Shown in pieces: positions 48,456-58,104 of a stretch of DNA of 64,000 nt. Numbering within the stretch: the first letter of the stretch is position 1; each line of letters opens with the position of its first letter. The translations under genes and the position numbers were made by a program. The stretch comes from Rickettsia typhi (GTDB lineage: Bacteria; Pseudomonadota; Alphaproteobacteria; Rickettsiales; UBA1997), in assembly GCA_945862535.1 (NCBI GenBank), contig CAMAYG010000002.1:32175-96174 (forward strand), given 5' to 3'. Under the pieces are notes generated by a model. It saw only the letters and a program-made list of their open reading frames with translations. It ran no database searches and was not told where the DNA came from.

Positions 48456-49347
48456 TAAAATCTAGCCCGTTCATTAGCCAAATATTTTGCCTATTTTCGT
48501 CAAAATTTACAATTTTTGACCGAATTAAATCTTCTAAAACCTTGTGATGATTACTAATATTGGTAAAATTTGGCCGATATATTCCGCAAGTAGTAAAAGC
48601 AATGTCAATGCCAAATTCAAGGGCTCCCGCTAAATCTGTTTCTACAGAATCACCAATTGCTAAAATTTTACTTTTATCGATATTTATTTTACTATTATTA
48701 CTTTTGCCAAAAATATTTAATAACTCTTGGTAAATTGATAAATATGGCTTACCAAAATAGGCAACATTCAGACCTCTGTCTTGAAATTCCTTAGCAACAA
48801 CACCGGCACAGCACAATTCTTCACCACTCTGTTTTACAACTTTCAGATCTGGGTTGGCACAAATTATTGGCAAATTTCTTGCGGTAATTTTATTTATGAG
48901 TGATAAATCGTCCGCTAAAACATTGGCATTTTCGGTTAAACCCGTAAGCACAACAAAATCGGCATTGTCAACATTGGTTTGATCGTATTCTAGCCCTGCA
49001 AGCAGGCTTTTATCTTTATCTGGACCGAAATAGAAAAACTTCTTGCCAAATTTACTGTAATTTTGTTGATTATGCTTTAAATGATTAAAAACACATTCGC
49101 CAGAAGTGATGATGTCGAGATATGAAGAGGAATCTATTTTAAGATTATTTAACACCTCTTTGGCTTTTGCAGAACGACGGGGAGCATTGGAAATAAAGGC
49201 GACAAGCTTATTCTTCTCTTGCAGAACATCTAAAACTTTTGCAACATTAGGATATAATTTTTCGCCATCGTGAATTACTCCCCATAAATCGAAGGCAAAA
49301 AAAGAATATTTATCGATGAGGTTATCGATGCGACTTGAGATAATCAT
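48448..49347 (-). CDS. HAD-superfamily hydrolase, subfamily IIA
   Basis: 299 aa. Motif I variant FDLWGVIHDG, ISNAPR, and GDSVETDLAGA. Its start overlaps the next gene by 8 nt. Confidence 0.7.
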   Translation of the reverse strand: MIISSRIDNLIDKYSFFAFDLWGVIHDGEKLYPNVAKVLDVLQEKNKLVAFISNAPRRSAKAKEVLNNLKIDSSSYLDIITSGECVFNHLKHNQQNYSKFGKKFFYFGPDKDKSLLAGLEYDQTNVDNADFVVLTGLTENANVLADDLSLINKITARNLPIICANPDLKVVKQSGEELCCAGVVAKEFQDRGLNVAYFGKPYLSIYQELLNIFGKSNNSKINIDKSKILAIGDSVETDLAGALEFGIDIAFTTCGIYRPNFTNISNHHKVLEDLIRSKIVNFDENRQNIWLMNGLDFNE

Positions 49348-49395
49348 TTTACAATTGTCAATTTGCGAGATTAGCGATTTATAAAGAAATTGATG

Positions 49396-50445
49396 TTACT
49401 GCAATAATTTCATTGCATCTTTGCCAACTTTTTTCATAATGCTTTTTTTGTATTTAAGCTTAATGAAATCGCCAATTCGGATTTTTTTAATATCTCCGTC
49501 GATAATAACCCAAGCAGTTTTAGGATCTACTAAATTAGAAATTTTACCTTCGCCTAATTTTAGTTTTTCCACTTCATTTTTGCCAGTCAGCGGGTTTTGC
49601 GACTCGAATTGACCAAAGACTTCGAAATTATCTCCTGTCTTTATGCCATCAATTGAGCCAATACTAACTTTAAATATTGCCTTATTTTTAAAGCTTCTTT
49701 TTTCTAATATAAAACCCTGTTTGGCAAAAAAGTTTTGGATATCGCTACGAATATTGTCTAGGGCATCTTGACCCGCTTTCGAGACCAAGCCGTCGTCTCG
49801 CACCGCTGGATCGACTTTATTTCCACCTAAAGCAAAAGCACCTACATAAACCGAACCATTCTCGCGAACATCCTCGGATCTTGCCTGATTGCCACTAAAT
49901 TCTATCGCTTTAGTCACATTAAGTGCCGGCAACTCATATATTTTAAGATTTCCTGCAACTTCTGCCTTATAACGATAACGAGGCGGGTAAGTAACTGCTG
50001 TTCCAGTTTTTTGATTATAATAAGTACCGCCTTCGCTAAATTTACTATTGTAATTAGCATTGGCAATGTCGCCAGATATTGCATAATCGGCAATGATTGG
50101 CCCCTGATAAGAGCCAGATTTATTGATTTCGGCAAGGGCAATTTCTTCTTTTAATTGAACCGCGGCCTTACGATCGACTATTTCTGCGAGCTTAGATTCT
50201 CCAAGGATGCTTTCGACATAATTTGCCATAGCATTATTTAATTTTGCATTACTAGCTACCACATTGGCATTTTCATTAAAAGGAAACACCACAACTTTTG
50301 GCAAACCGCCCTTTATAGTTTCTTCGCTTGGCATAAAGCCAGTTTTACTGATAAGATCTTTTTGATATTTTTCGAAGTTTTTAATTGTTGGACTGCAAGA
50401 AAATGCAACAAGCAACAAAGCACTAACGATAGTTTTGTGTAACAT
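49396..50445 (-). CDS. CsgG/HfaB-family-like outer-membrane lipoprotein
   Basis: The ORF-track entry is trimmed to MLHKTIVSALLLVAFSC (lipobox). LPKVVVFPFNEN...LGESKLAEIVDRKAAVQLKEEIALAE...IADYAISGDI follows the CsgG-family pattern. Confidence 0.5.
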   Translation of the reverse strand: MLHKTIVSALLLVAFSCSPTIKNFEKYQKDLISKTGFMPSEETIKGGLPKVVVFPFNENANVVASNAKLNNAMANYVESILGESKLAEIVDRKAAVQLKEEIALAEINKSGSYQGPIIADYAISGDIANANYNSKFSEGGTYYNQKTGTAVTYPPRYRYKAEVAGNLKIYELPALNVTKAIEFSGNQARSEDVRENGSVYVGAFALGGNKVDPAVRDDGLVSKAGQDALDNIRSDIQNFFAKQGFILEKRSFKNKAIFKVSIGSIDGIKTGDNFEVFGQFESQNPLTGKNEVEKLKLGEGKISNLVDPKTAWVIIDGDIKKIRIGDFIKLKYKKSIMKKVGKDAMKLLQ

Positions 50446-50473
50446 TTTGGTTAATAATTTAGTTAATAATGGA

Positions 50474-51628
50474 TTATTCGAGATTAAGCAACTTAACAAT
50501 TCCTTCGCTTTCAAATTTCTTGCCTAAATTGGCGATTGCTGCATCTATTGACATTTTTTCACTGTTTAAGGAAGCCCCGCTAACCTCGATTTTGCTAGTA
50601 GCAATGGTTTTATTATTGGCAATTGTTTCGATATTAAGAATTAATTTGGTAATTTTATTATTATATATTTCGGTTGTTGTTTTGTCGAATTCTATATCGA
50701 CAATAATATCGCCTGCCGATACAGAAGAGTTAAGCTTAAAGCCTCTATTATTAATTGCTTGCGAGAATTTATTTTTAATTGCAGATTTTAATTGTGACAT
50801 ATCTGCAGAATTTACCGCTTGGGAAGAGCCCTGATTTTGTTTTTGCGACTCGCTAGCCAGAGTATTAATTTTTAAAAAGAACGAAGTATTATTGCCAAAA
50901 TCACTAGTCATTTGTTGATTTTTTAAGATCTGCTCTAGTGTTAGATTGCTGTTTATATTGGCTCCAGCACCGCTGATTATTTTTTCTAGCAACAAAATTT
51001 TTTGTAAATTTTCGTCAATTTTTTGTAAATTTTTGCGAATTTTTAGCGGGTTGTTTTTTACTACTGGCTGTTTATTTTCTTGCTGGTAACCATCTACCTC
51101 TTTTTGCATAAAGCTAATTTTTTGCTGTTGTTGTGCGATAAAATCTGGGCGGTTTATCTCGACTTCGACAAAAAATTGACCTTCTGATTGGGCACTATTA
51201 CTAGTTTTAAAGCCCGAAAATTCTATTTGTTCGATTTTTTGGTTTAAGTTTTGACGGAATTCTTGATTAATTGAGTGATTATTTTCCTCGTTAAGAGAAG
51301 ATGTTTCGCCACTAATTGTAACTAACAAGCGAGAAGATAGATCGGCCAAAGCTAATCGCGTTGCTTCTTCCAAGCTCACACCACTGGCGATACCAAATAG
51401 CTTCTTAGCATTGTTTTGTTGAGGATTACTAAACCATTTGGGTAGCTTTTTATCGACGGTAGCTAAGGAGAATGAGGAAAATATTAGGAAATTTAGATAG
51501 AATAAAGCAGATAAGAATAATATTGGCAACAATTGCGATTTTTGTTTTGACTTACAGCCAAAATGCAAATTTCGACTATCTTCTTGATAATTTTTTAGAT
51601 TATCAAGAAAGCTACAGGTTGTTGCCAT
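50474..51628 (-). CDS. LPP20-domain protein (384 aa)
   Basis: Hydrophobic N-terminal segment, then LPKWFSNP...LFGIASGVSLEEATRLALADLSSRL, typical of LPP20 lipoprotein domains. Confidence 0.55.
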   Translation of the reverse strand: MATTCSFLDNLKNYQEDSRNLHFGCKSKQKSQLLPILFLSALFYLNFLIFSSFSLATVDKKLPKWFSNPQQNNAKKLFGIASGVSLEEATRLALADLSSRLLVTISGETSSLNEENNHSINQEFRQNLNQKIEQIEFSGFKTSNSAQSEGQFFVEVEINRPDFIAQQQQKISFMQKEVDGYQQENKQPVVKNNPLKIRKNLQKIDENLQKILLLEKIISGAGANINSNLTLEQILKNQQMTSDFGNNTSFFLKINTLASESQKQNQGSSQAVNSADMSQLKSAIKNKFSQAINNRGFKLNSSVSAGDIIVDIEFDKTTTEIYNNKITKLILNIETIANNKTIATSKIEVSGASLNSEKMSIDAAIANLGKKFESEGIVKLLNLE

Positions 51629-51640
51629 TTTATTATTTAA

Positions 51641-51820
51641 TTATATTGCTTCTTCGAGTGATTGAAAATTTTTTTCGGCATTTTGTTCGCTCTGATTGAT
51701 CCGTTCTGAGCTTTCGTAATTAGAGCGACCAATTGCTTTTTTAATTGATTTCTCACTAACGCAATTTGCCGTTGCCAATATTAATAATGTTGCCAATAAT
51801 TTGATACAGAAGTTATTCAT
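51641..51820 (-). CDS. small putative lipoprotein (59 aa), not in the ORF track
   Basis: Own translation: MNNFCIKLLATLLILATANCVSEKSIKKAIGRSNYESSERINQSEQNAEKNFQSLEEAI*. It has a signal-like N-terminus with a Cys at position 20. It sits between two LPP20-type genes on the same strand. Confidence 0.4.
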   Translation of the reverse strand: MNNFCIKLLATLLILATANCVSEKSIKKAIGRSNYESSERINQSEQNAEKNFQSLEEAI

Positions 51821-51843
51821 AATTCGATAAATTGGTTAGTTGA

Positions 51844-52500
51844 TTAGTTGGCTGATTTTGATTTTTCATCTTTGTTTTCTGGCTTCGCATCGTCTTTTTT
51901 AAGATCTACCGCAGAGGTTTTTGCTCCTCTTTCGCGATCTAGCTCGTCAAATAGCTCTTTTGAAGCATCTTCACTTTTTTTGATATTATCGCGGCTTAAG
52001 TTAGATTTCTTAAGTTTTTCAAGTAAATCGTTGCGACCATTTTTAAGATATTTAGAAAAGTCTTCGTTTCTTAGAACCATATGAACATAGAGAGTTCCTT
52101 CTTTGTCTTTAAAAATGTTGATTCTCTTAACACCAGAAAGTGGCAGATTTTTTACAACATCTTTAGTTGCTTGAGCAAAGAATTCTTCTACATCGTCTTC
52201 TTCGTTGACTTTAGCAGATTTCATTGAGTTTTTTGTGATACGGCTAACTTCGGACTGAATAGTTGAAGCAATATTAGCCTTAGCATCTAGCTCGGCGGCA
52301 GCAATTTGAAACTTAAAGCCACCTTTAGAAGGGGCAGCAATTCCTACAGCAGCAACACCGTCTTTCACATAAGGATCAAGAACCCAAGAAGGAACATCGA
52401 AATTGTCTAGCTTGGCATCGGCAAGTTTATTTTTTTTGCCACAACTTGTTAAGTTAAACAATAATGCAATAACAACAAAATATGATAGGAGTTTTTTCAT
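51844..52500 (-). CDS. LPP20-family lipoprotein (218 aa)
   Basis: Lipobox (LFNLTSC). VPSWVLDP...GVAAVGIAAPSKGG...IAAAELDAKANIASTI matches the LPP20 pattern. Confidence 0.65.
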   Translation of the reverse strand: MKKLLSYFVVIALLFNLTSCGKKNKLADAKLDNFDVPSWVLDPYVKDGVAAVGIAAPSKGGFKFQIAAAELDAKANIASTIQSEVSRITKNSMKSAKVNEEDDVEEFFAQATKDVVKNLPLSGVKRINIFKDKEGTLYVHMVLRNEDFSKYLKNGRNDLLEKLKKSNLSRDNIKKSEDASKELFDELDRERGAKTSAVDLKKDDAKPENKDEKSKSAN

Positions 52501-52682
52501 GATATTTTAGTAATAATTTAGAATATTTATTAGATTATTAATAGCAAAATTTACCAAATTATAGGCGAATTTAACTATATTATAACCAAATATAAACACC
52601 GCAATTCTAAGACAAAAAATATAATATACAAGCTATTAATTTGAAAATCATTTAATTGTCGCCAAAGCATGAATATATTGCC

Positions 52683-53564
52683 TTAGAGAAACTTTTCAAG
52701 ATATTTGCGGTAGTCCGATCCGTGCTTATATTTAGCTATCAATGACTTAAATTTGTCGATATCAATCAGGTTGTTTTTATAACATATTTCTTCTAGACAG
52801 GCGATTTTAAGACCTTGTCTTTTTTCTATTGTATGAATAAAATTTGCCGAATCGAGCAGGGAGTCTGGGGTTCCGGCATCTAGCCAAGCAAATCCCTGAC
52901 CTAACTTTACCACACCTAAGTTATAATTTTCAAGGTAAAAATTATTAACATCGGTAATCTCTAATTCCCCTCTTGCTGAAGGTTTAATATTTTTGGCAAT
53001 TTTACTTGCTTCGTTGTTGTAGATATAAAAACCAGTAACCGCCCAGTCAGACTTAGGCTCTTGTGGTTTCTCGACGATTCTTAATGCCTTATTACCCGTT
53101 GCATCGAGCTCGACAACACCGTATCTCTCTGGATCGGCAACCTGATAAGCAAAAATTAATGCCTGAACTTCGTTATTATTAAGTTTATGAAAATTACTCT
53201 GCAAATGATGATAATTAAACTCTGAACCATAAAAAATATTATCGCCAAGAACCAAGCAGACCGAATCTTTGCCGATAAAGTCTTCGCCAATGATTAGTGC
53301 CTCGGCAATGCCACGAGGTTTTTCCTGAACTTTATATGCAATTTTAATGCCGAAATTCTGTCCATCGCCAAGAAATTTACTAATATTTGGAGTATCTTCC
53401 TGAGTGCTAATAATAAGAATCTCGGTAATGCCAATATTTATAAGGGTGGCAAGCGGATAGCAAATCATTGGCTTGTCGTAAACTGGCAATAATTGTTTGC
53501 TAATAATTTGTGTTAGTGGGGCTAAGCGAGTTCCGCTACCGCCAGCAAGTATAATTCCTTTCAT
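52683..53564 (-). CDS. rfbA: glucose-1-phosphate thymidylyltransferase
   Basis: 293 aa. MKGIILAGGSGTRLAPLT, YDKPMI.YPL, and the RGELEITD context. Confidence 0.9.
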   Translation of the reverse strand: MKGIILAGGSGTRLAPLTQIISKQLLPVYDKPMICYPLATLINIGITEILIISTQEDTPNISKFLGDGQNFGIKIAYKVQEKPRGIAEALIIGEDFIGKDSVCLVLGDNIFYGSEFNYHHLQSNFHKLNNNEVQALIFAYQVADPERYGVVELDATGNKALRIVEKPQEPKSDWAVTGFYIYNNEASKIAKNIKPSARGELEITDVNNFYLENYNLGVVKLGQGFAWLDAGTPDSLLDSANFIHTIEKRQGLKIACLEEICYKNNLIDIDKFKSLIAKYKHGSDYRKYLEKFL

Positions 53565-53570
53565 TTGTTG

Positions 53571-53840
53571 TTACTTTTTGTTATTTCTTATTATTTTTAT
53601 CTCTAGAGCATGTAAGCCAGAATCGAATTCCGATGCAATAATTTTATTAATTAAGCGATGCACTGCAACTAAAGATAAATTGTCGAAATCTACACTAGCA
53701 ATAATAAGCTTAAAATGGCTTTCGGCACTATCGCCACTTTGCAAGTGACCGCGATGTTTCTCGGAGTTATTTATAAGATCAAAATAGTTGCAATTTATTG
53801 CTGTTTTTATTTTGGCTTCGATGTTGTTAGTAATTGACAT
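53571..53840 (-). CDS. BolA-family protein
   Basis: 89 aa. Contains SHFKLIIAS..F......VAVHRLI and LHALEIK. Confidence 0.75.
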   Translation of the reverse strand: MSITNNIEAKIKTAINCNYFDLINNSEKHRGHLQSGDSAESHFKLIIASVDFDNLSLVAVHRLINKIIASEFDSGLHALEIKIIRNNKK

Positions 53841-53867
53841 AGTTTAATTAAATAGTGGCAAGCGATA

Positions 53868-55517
53868 TTATTCCCATTCTATTGTTCCCGGTGGTTTTGA
53901 GGTGAAGTCGTAGACCACTCGATTAACCCCCTTAACTTCATTGATAATTTTTCCAGCAACCATTGCCAGAAATTGTGATTCGAAGTGGTAAATATCTGCA
54001 GTCATGCCATCGACCGAGGTTACCGCTCTAAGAGCCAGAACATTTTCATAGGTGCGACAATCGCCCATAACTCCAACAGTTTTGACAGGCAATAATACTG
54101 CAAATGCCTGCCAAATTTTCTGATATAGACCAGATTTTTTAAGTTCATTAATGTAAATTTCGTCTGCCAATTGCAAGATTCTGATTTTCTCGGCGGTAAT
54201 ATCGCCAATAATTCTAATCGCAAGACCCGGCCCCGGAAAAGGGTGCCTCATTATTAAAGATTCTGGCAATGCTAGCTGTTTTCCTAGCTCACGAACTTCG
54301 TCTTTAAAAAGCATTCTAAGCGGTTCTAATAGTTGCAGTTTCATTCTTTTTGGCAAACCGCCGACATTGTGGTGCGATTTGATTGTTTGACTTGCCCCGT
54401 CGTTAGGATGTGTCGATTCTATGACATCTGGATAAAGAGTTCCTTGGGCAAGAAATTTAACTTTGGAGCCTTTGTTAATTGATTTTGCTAGCTTAATTGC
54501 CTCGGAGTTAAAAACTTCGATAAAAGTTTTGCCAATAATTTTTCGTTTTTTCTCGGGATCGGCAATTTTACTTAGCTTTTTTGCAAATAAATCTGTGGCA
54601 TCTATAACGATTAAATTGCCTTTAAAATTTGCCCCAAATGCTTTTTGAACTTCTTGTGCTTCGTTTTTTCTTAACATACCGTGATTCACAAAAATACAAG
54701 TAAGCTGACTGCCAATTGCCTTTTCCACCAAAGCAGCAACAACAGAAGAATCAACCCCTCCGCTAAGCCCCAAAATAACATGATCTTTTCCTACTTTTTG
54801 TCTAATTGAGGCAATTTCTTGCTGAAGGAAATTGTTCATTGTCCAATTTACCGAGGCCTTAGCAATGTTAAAAATAAAATTTTTAATTATTAGATGCCCA
54901 TGATTCGAATGATAAACTTCCGGATGAAATTGTAGACCGTATATCTTCTTGCTCTCGTTAGCAATTACAGCAAAAGGAGCATTTTCAGTGGTGGCAATTA
55001 CGGTAAAACCTTGGGGAATCTGATTGACGAAATCGCCGTGGCTCATCCATATTTGGTAATCTGTTACTGTATCGAAAAGGGGGGATGAGACTTGTGGCTG
55101 TAGTATCGCTTTACCAAATTCTCTTTGTTTTGCTGGCAAAACCTCGCCACCAAGCAGATGGCAAATTATTTGCTGACCGTAGCAAATGCCAAGTATTGGC
55201 AAATTTAGGTCGAAGATTTTTGCATCGACTGACGGAGCATTAAGCTCATATACCGAGGCAGGCCCGCCAGAAAAAATAATTGCAACAGGATCTTTGGCGA
55301 TAATGGATTCGATAGTTAAATTATAACTAGCAATTTCACAATAAACCCCCATTTCTCTTATTCGCCTAGCAATTAATTGAGTTACCTGACTGCCAAAATC
55401 GATAATTAACACTGGTTTTAATTTTACCGCGGAAGCGGCGGAAGTTGTAGAATCCGCAGATAGATTCCGAGATTTTTTGCTTGAAATATTGCCAGTTATT
55501 AGGCTAGAATTGCTCAT
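53868..55517 (-). CDS. guaA: GMP synthase (glutamine-hydrolysing)
   Basis: 549 aa. GATase Cys (ILGICYGQQ), ATP-PPase P-loop (GLSGGVDSSV), and C-terminal KPPGTIEWE. It has a ~25-aa Ser-rich N-terminal extension. Confidence 0.95.
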   Translation of the reverse strand: MSNSSLITGNISSKKSRNLSADSTTSAASAVKLKPVLIIDFGSQVTQLIARRIREMGVYCEIASYNLTIESIIAKDPVAIIFSGGPASVYELNAPSVDAKIFDLNLPILGICYGQQIICHLLGGEVLPAKQREFGKAILQPQVSSPLFDTVTDYQIWMSHGDFVNQIPQGFTVIATTENAPFAVIANESKKIYGLQFHPEVYHSNHGHLIIKNFIFNIAKASVNWTMNNFLQQEIASIRQKVGKDHVILGLSGGVDSSVVAALVEKAIGSQLTCIFVNHGMLRKNEAQEVQKAFGANFKGNLIVIDATDLFAKKLSKIADPEKKRKIIGKTFIEVFNSEAIKLAKSINKGSKVKFLAQGTLYPDVIESTHPNDGASQTIKSHHNVGGLPKRMKLQLLEPLRMLFKDEVRELGKQLALPESLIMRHPFPGPGLAIRIIGDITAEKIRILQLADEIYINELKKSGLYQKIWQAFAVLLPVKTVGVMGDCRTYENVLALRAVTSVDGMTADIYHFESQFLAMVAGKIINEVKGVNRVVYDFTSKPPGTIEWE

Positions 55518-55628
55518 ATTGAATATATTAACTATGAATTTGCTACTATTTTACCACTTTATAGCCAAAATAAAGCAAAAAAGATAGATAAAAACTTTAT
55601 CAAGTCAAGCAAAATAAGTTATAGTATT

Positions 55629-56528
55629 TTAGGACTTATTACCAATAACAATTACGGAAAAATTACGGTAATTAGCCCTAGAAAAATTTTCACTAATATT
55701 GTTGCTTGCCTCTTTTTGGCTACGACGGAAGCTATGATATAAAGGGTTGGAAAAGGTATCGATTTTACTAGTTACAACTTCAAGAACCCCTAATTTATTG
55801 AGCTGGCTAAATGCAAAAGCAGGAAGATTGAATAGTTTCTTGCAACCTGAACTACTAGGATCGGCGGTAAAAAATTGCCGATTTTCAATATTGGTGTCGA
55901 TAAAACGATAATAAAAATCTTCGTCAACCTGATAAGAAAACTGCTGTATTGCTGGCCCAATAATTGCAACCAAATTATTAGCACCCATATTATTCATTTC
56001 CAATACTACTTTTTCAATAATATTTTTTATTGCACCTCGCCAACCGCAATGAATAGAAGCGATAAGCGGAATTTTCTTGTCGAAAACCAGAATAGGCAGA
56101 CAATCTGCCGTGGCAACACCAATCGCCAAACCAGCTTCTTTCGTGATTATTGCATCTGCCTCTTTTTGATAATTTGCCAATGTCGCAATATTGCGATAAT
56201 CGACATTAATAAAATCATTGCCGTGAACCTGCTTTACCAGAGCAATTTCTTGGCAAGATATGTTGTTTTTTAATAAGCCAGACTTGATTAATTGAGTTTT
56301 ATCGCAATATTCCGAAAGCGGATCTTTAGCTAAATTGTTGTAATTTTCACGATTTAAATCGGCTCCAAAAAAACAATAACTAACAGTAAGATCTTTGCCT
56401 ATTTTACAAAAGACAGACTCTGTAAAACTACCACTTCTGTTAAAATTAGTGTTAAAATCGTCTAAAAAACCTCTTTCAACCAACACCAATCTACTTTTTG
56501 ATAATTTTTGCAATCTCGCTAGCGACAA
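55629..56528 (-). CDS. pgeF: purine nucleoside phosphorylase/laccase-domain protein YfiH (PgeF, DUF152)
   Basis: 299 aa. VKQVHGN, TADCLPILVFD, HCGWRG. The annotated start overlaps the upstream gene by 38 nt, so the true start may be internal. Confidence 0.8.
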   Translation of the reverse strand: MSLARLQKLSKSRLVLVERGFLDDFNTNFNRSGSFTESVFCKIGKDLTVSYCFFGADLNRENYNNLAKDPLSEYCDKTQLIKSGLLKNNISCQEIALVKQVHGNDFINVDYRNIATLANYQKEADAIITKEAGLAIGVATADCLPILVFDKKIPLIASIHCGWRGAIKNIIEKVVLEMNNMGANNLVAIIGPAIQQFSYQVDEDFYYRFIDTNIENRQFFTADPSSSGCKKLFNLPAFAFSQLNKLGVLEVVTSKIDTFSNPLYHSFRRSQKEASNNISENFSRANYRNFSVIVIGNKS

Positions 56529-57666
56529 TATTTTCTACTATCGATGGCAAGTTATTGTTAAGCCAAGTCTCGATTTTATTTTCTATAATTTTATGAATTG
56601 TGCCTTGCAAATTACTGTCATGCAATATATTGTCTGCACTTTCTGCCATCTGATTTACTGCCTGTAGTTTTTGTAGCGAATTTTCAACCTGCTCTTTTGC
56701 GGCCGGTCTCAATAAGTTAGTAGTTTCGGCGACAAGACCACCAAGACTTTCTTCCACCTGTTCTTCCGCTTCGTCTTCATCGGCGGTTTCGTCGTGCTCT
56801 TCCTCTTCATGTTCTTCGGTTTCATCTTCCTCTTCGTCGTGATGCTCTTCTTCATGCTCTTCGACTTCGCCTTCCTCTTCGTCTTCATCGGCGAATAAAT
56901 CATCTTCATCTGCGGTTTCGTCGTGTTCTTCCTCTTCGTCGTGATGCTCTTCTTCATGCTCTTCGACTTCGCCTTCCGCTTCGTCTTCGTCATGCTCTTC
57001 CTCTTCATGTTCTTCTGTCTTGCTATCTGCCTCTTCATGTTCTTCGGTTTCATCTTCCTCTTCGTCGTGCTCGTCTTCTTCGTCGTCAAGATCGACATCG
57101 TCCAAATCTAAATCATCTTCTTCTGCGGTTTCCTCGTGGTCTTCTTCCTGCTTCTCTTTGGTTTCAAGGTCTTCATCGTTAAAATCTAAATCGAAGTCTT
57201 CAATTTCATCATCGTCTTCATTTGCCTCTTTTTCATTGGCATCATTGGTTTCTAAGCCAGTTTTTACCTTAAGCCCCTCTTCTTCTGCAATTAAAGCATC
57301 GAGATCGAATTCGTCTTCTGACGAATTTGGCGAATTTAGTTTATTTTGGCTGTTTTCGGCACTTGATTCGTCGAATTCTTGCTCGTAGCCTTCTATATCG
57401 TCTTGCCCAAAGTCTTCACCAGAATCTTGGTGGCTCGATTGCTCTGTAACACTGTCGACATCATTGGTTTTATTGCTAATATTGGGGAAATCTTGACCCG
57501 AAGTTTCGGCAGAATCTTTGTTGCTAAATTTTGGTAAATAGTCGAAATCGTCGACAAATTCGTTCTTTGTTTCCGCAACTTTCTCAACTTCGACCTCTTT
57601 CTTTTTGTCGAGAGATTTAAGTTTTTCTTTAATTGAGCTGAGAATTGATAATCTTTTTTCTGACAT
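56491..57666 (-). CDS. popZ: PopZ-like pole-organising protein (DUF2497 C-terminus) with a hyper-acidic Glu/Asp/His repeat region
   Basis: 391 aa. N-terminal LSILSSIKEKL (compare the PopZ EILASIRRII helix). The C-terminal IETWLNNNLPSIVENIVASEIAKI matches the DUF2497 pattern. The middle ~200 aa are almost pure E/D/H. Confidence 0.65.
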   Translation of the reverse strand: MSEKRLSILSSIKEKLKSLDKKKEVEVEKVAETKNEFVDDFDYLPKFSNKDSAETSGQDFPNISNKTNDVDSVTEQSSHQDSGEDFGQDDIEGYEQEFDESSAENSQNKLNSPNSSEDEFDLDALIAEEEGLKVKTGLETNDANEKEANEDDDEIEDFDLDFNDEDLETKEKQEEDHEETAEEDDLDLDDVDLDDEEDEHDEEEDETEEHEEADSKTEEHEEEEHDEDEAEGEVEEHEEEHHDEEEEHDETADEDDLFADEDEEEGEVEEHEEEHHDEEEDETEEHEEEEHDETADEDEAEEQVEESLGGLVAETTNLLRPAAKEQVENSLQKLQAVNQMAESADNILHDSNLQGTIHKIIENKIETWLNNNLPSIVENIVASEIAKIIKK

Positions 57667-57925
57667 TGATTCTATATTTATAAATTAGACTAATAGCATT
57701 AAATCAAAATGGACAAATTTTAAACTAAAACGAATTGAAAGCCACCGAATACGGAGAAGGCATTGCAACAGCCCCTTAAAACAAAGTCTATAAAATTAAT
57801 TTCAAATGATATTATAACAAAATGATTAATCAAGATTTTTCTATTTGATTTAAAAAATAATTTGAAAGTTAAAGCCAGATAAGGCTCGAGATTTAAAATA
57901 TTATTGCAAGGTATTTAAATATTAG

Positions 57926-58002
57926 TGGCGCACTCGGCTGGATTTGAACCTACAACCTTCTGATCCGTAGTCAGATGCTCTATCCAATTGAGCTACGAGT
58001 GC
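57926..58002 (-). tRNA. tRNA-Arg (anticodon ACG), CCA encoded
   Basis: Hand fold: GCACTCG-TA-GCTC-AATTGGATA-GAGC-A-TCTGA-CTACGGA-TCAGA-AGGTT-GTAGG-TTCAAAT-CCAGC-CGAGTGC-G-CCA. There is one A:A mismatch and one G:U pair in the T stem. Confidence 0.85.
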
Positions 58003-58104
58003 AAATTGATTATTTGGCAATAATTGTTAGAGAGAAAAAATAAAAAGCAAGGCTTTTTTTGCAACATTTCCTATGTTTATTGCAAGTTTTTAAGAAAAAA
58101 TTAA

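Noticed and set aside
56709-57388. Alternative-frame ORFs within the acidic PopZ-like gene (129-aa Lys-rich, 122-aa Ser-rich, 62-aa Phe-rich)
   Set aside because: These are frame-shifted or antisense readings of GAA/GAT-rich repeats. The only frame with conserved N- and C-terminal PopZ-like segments is 56491..57666 (-).
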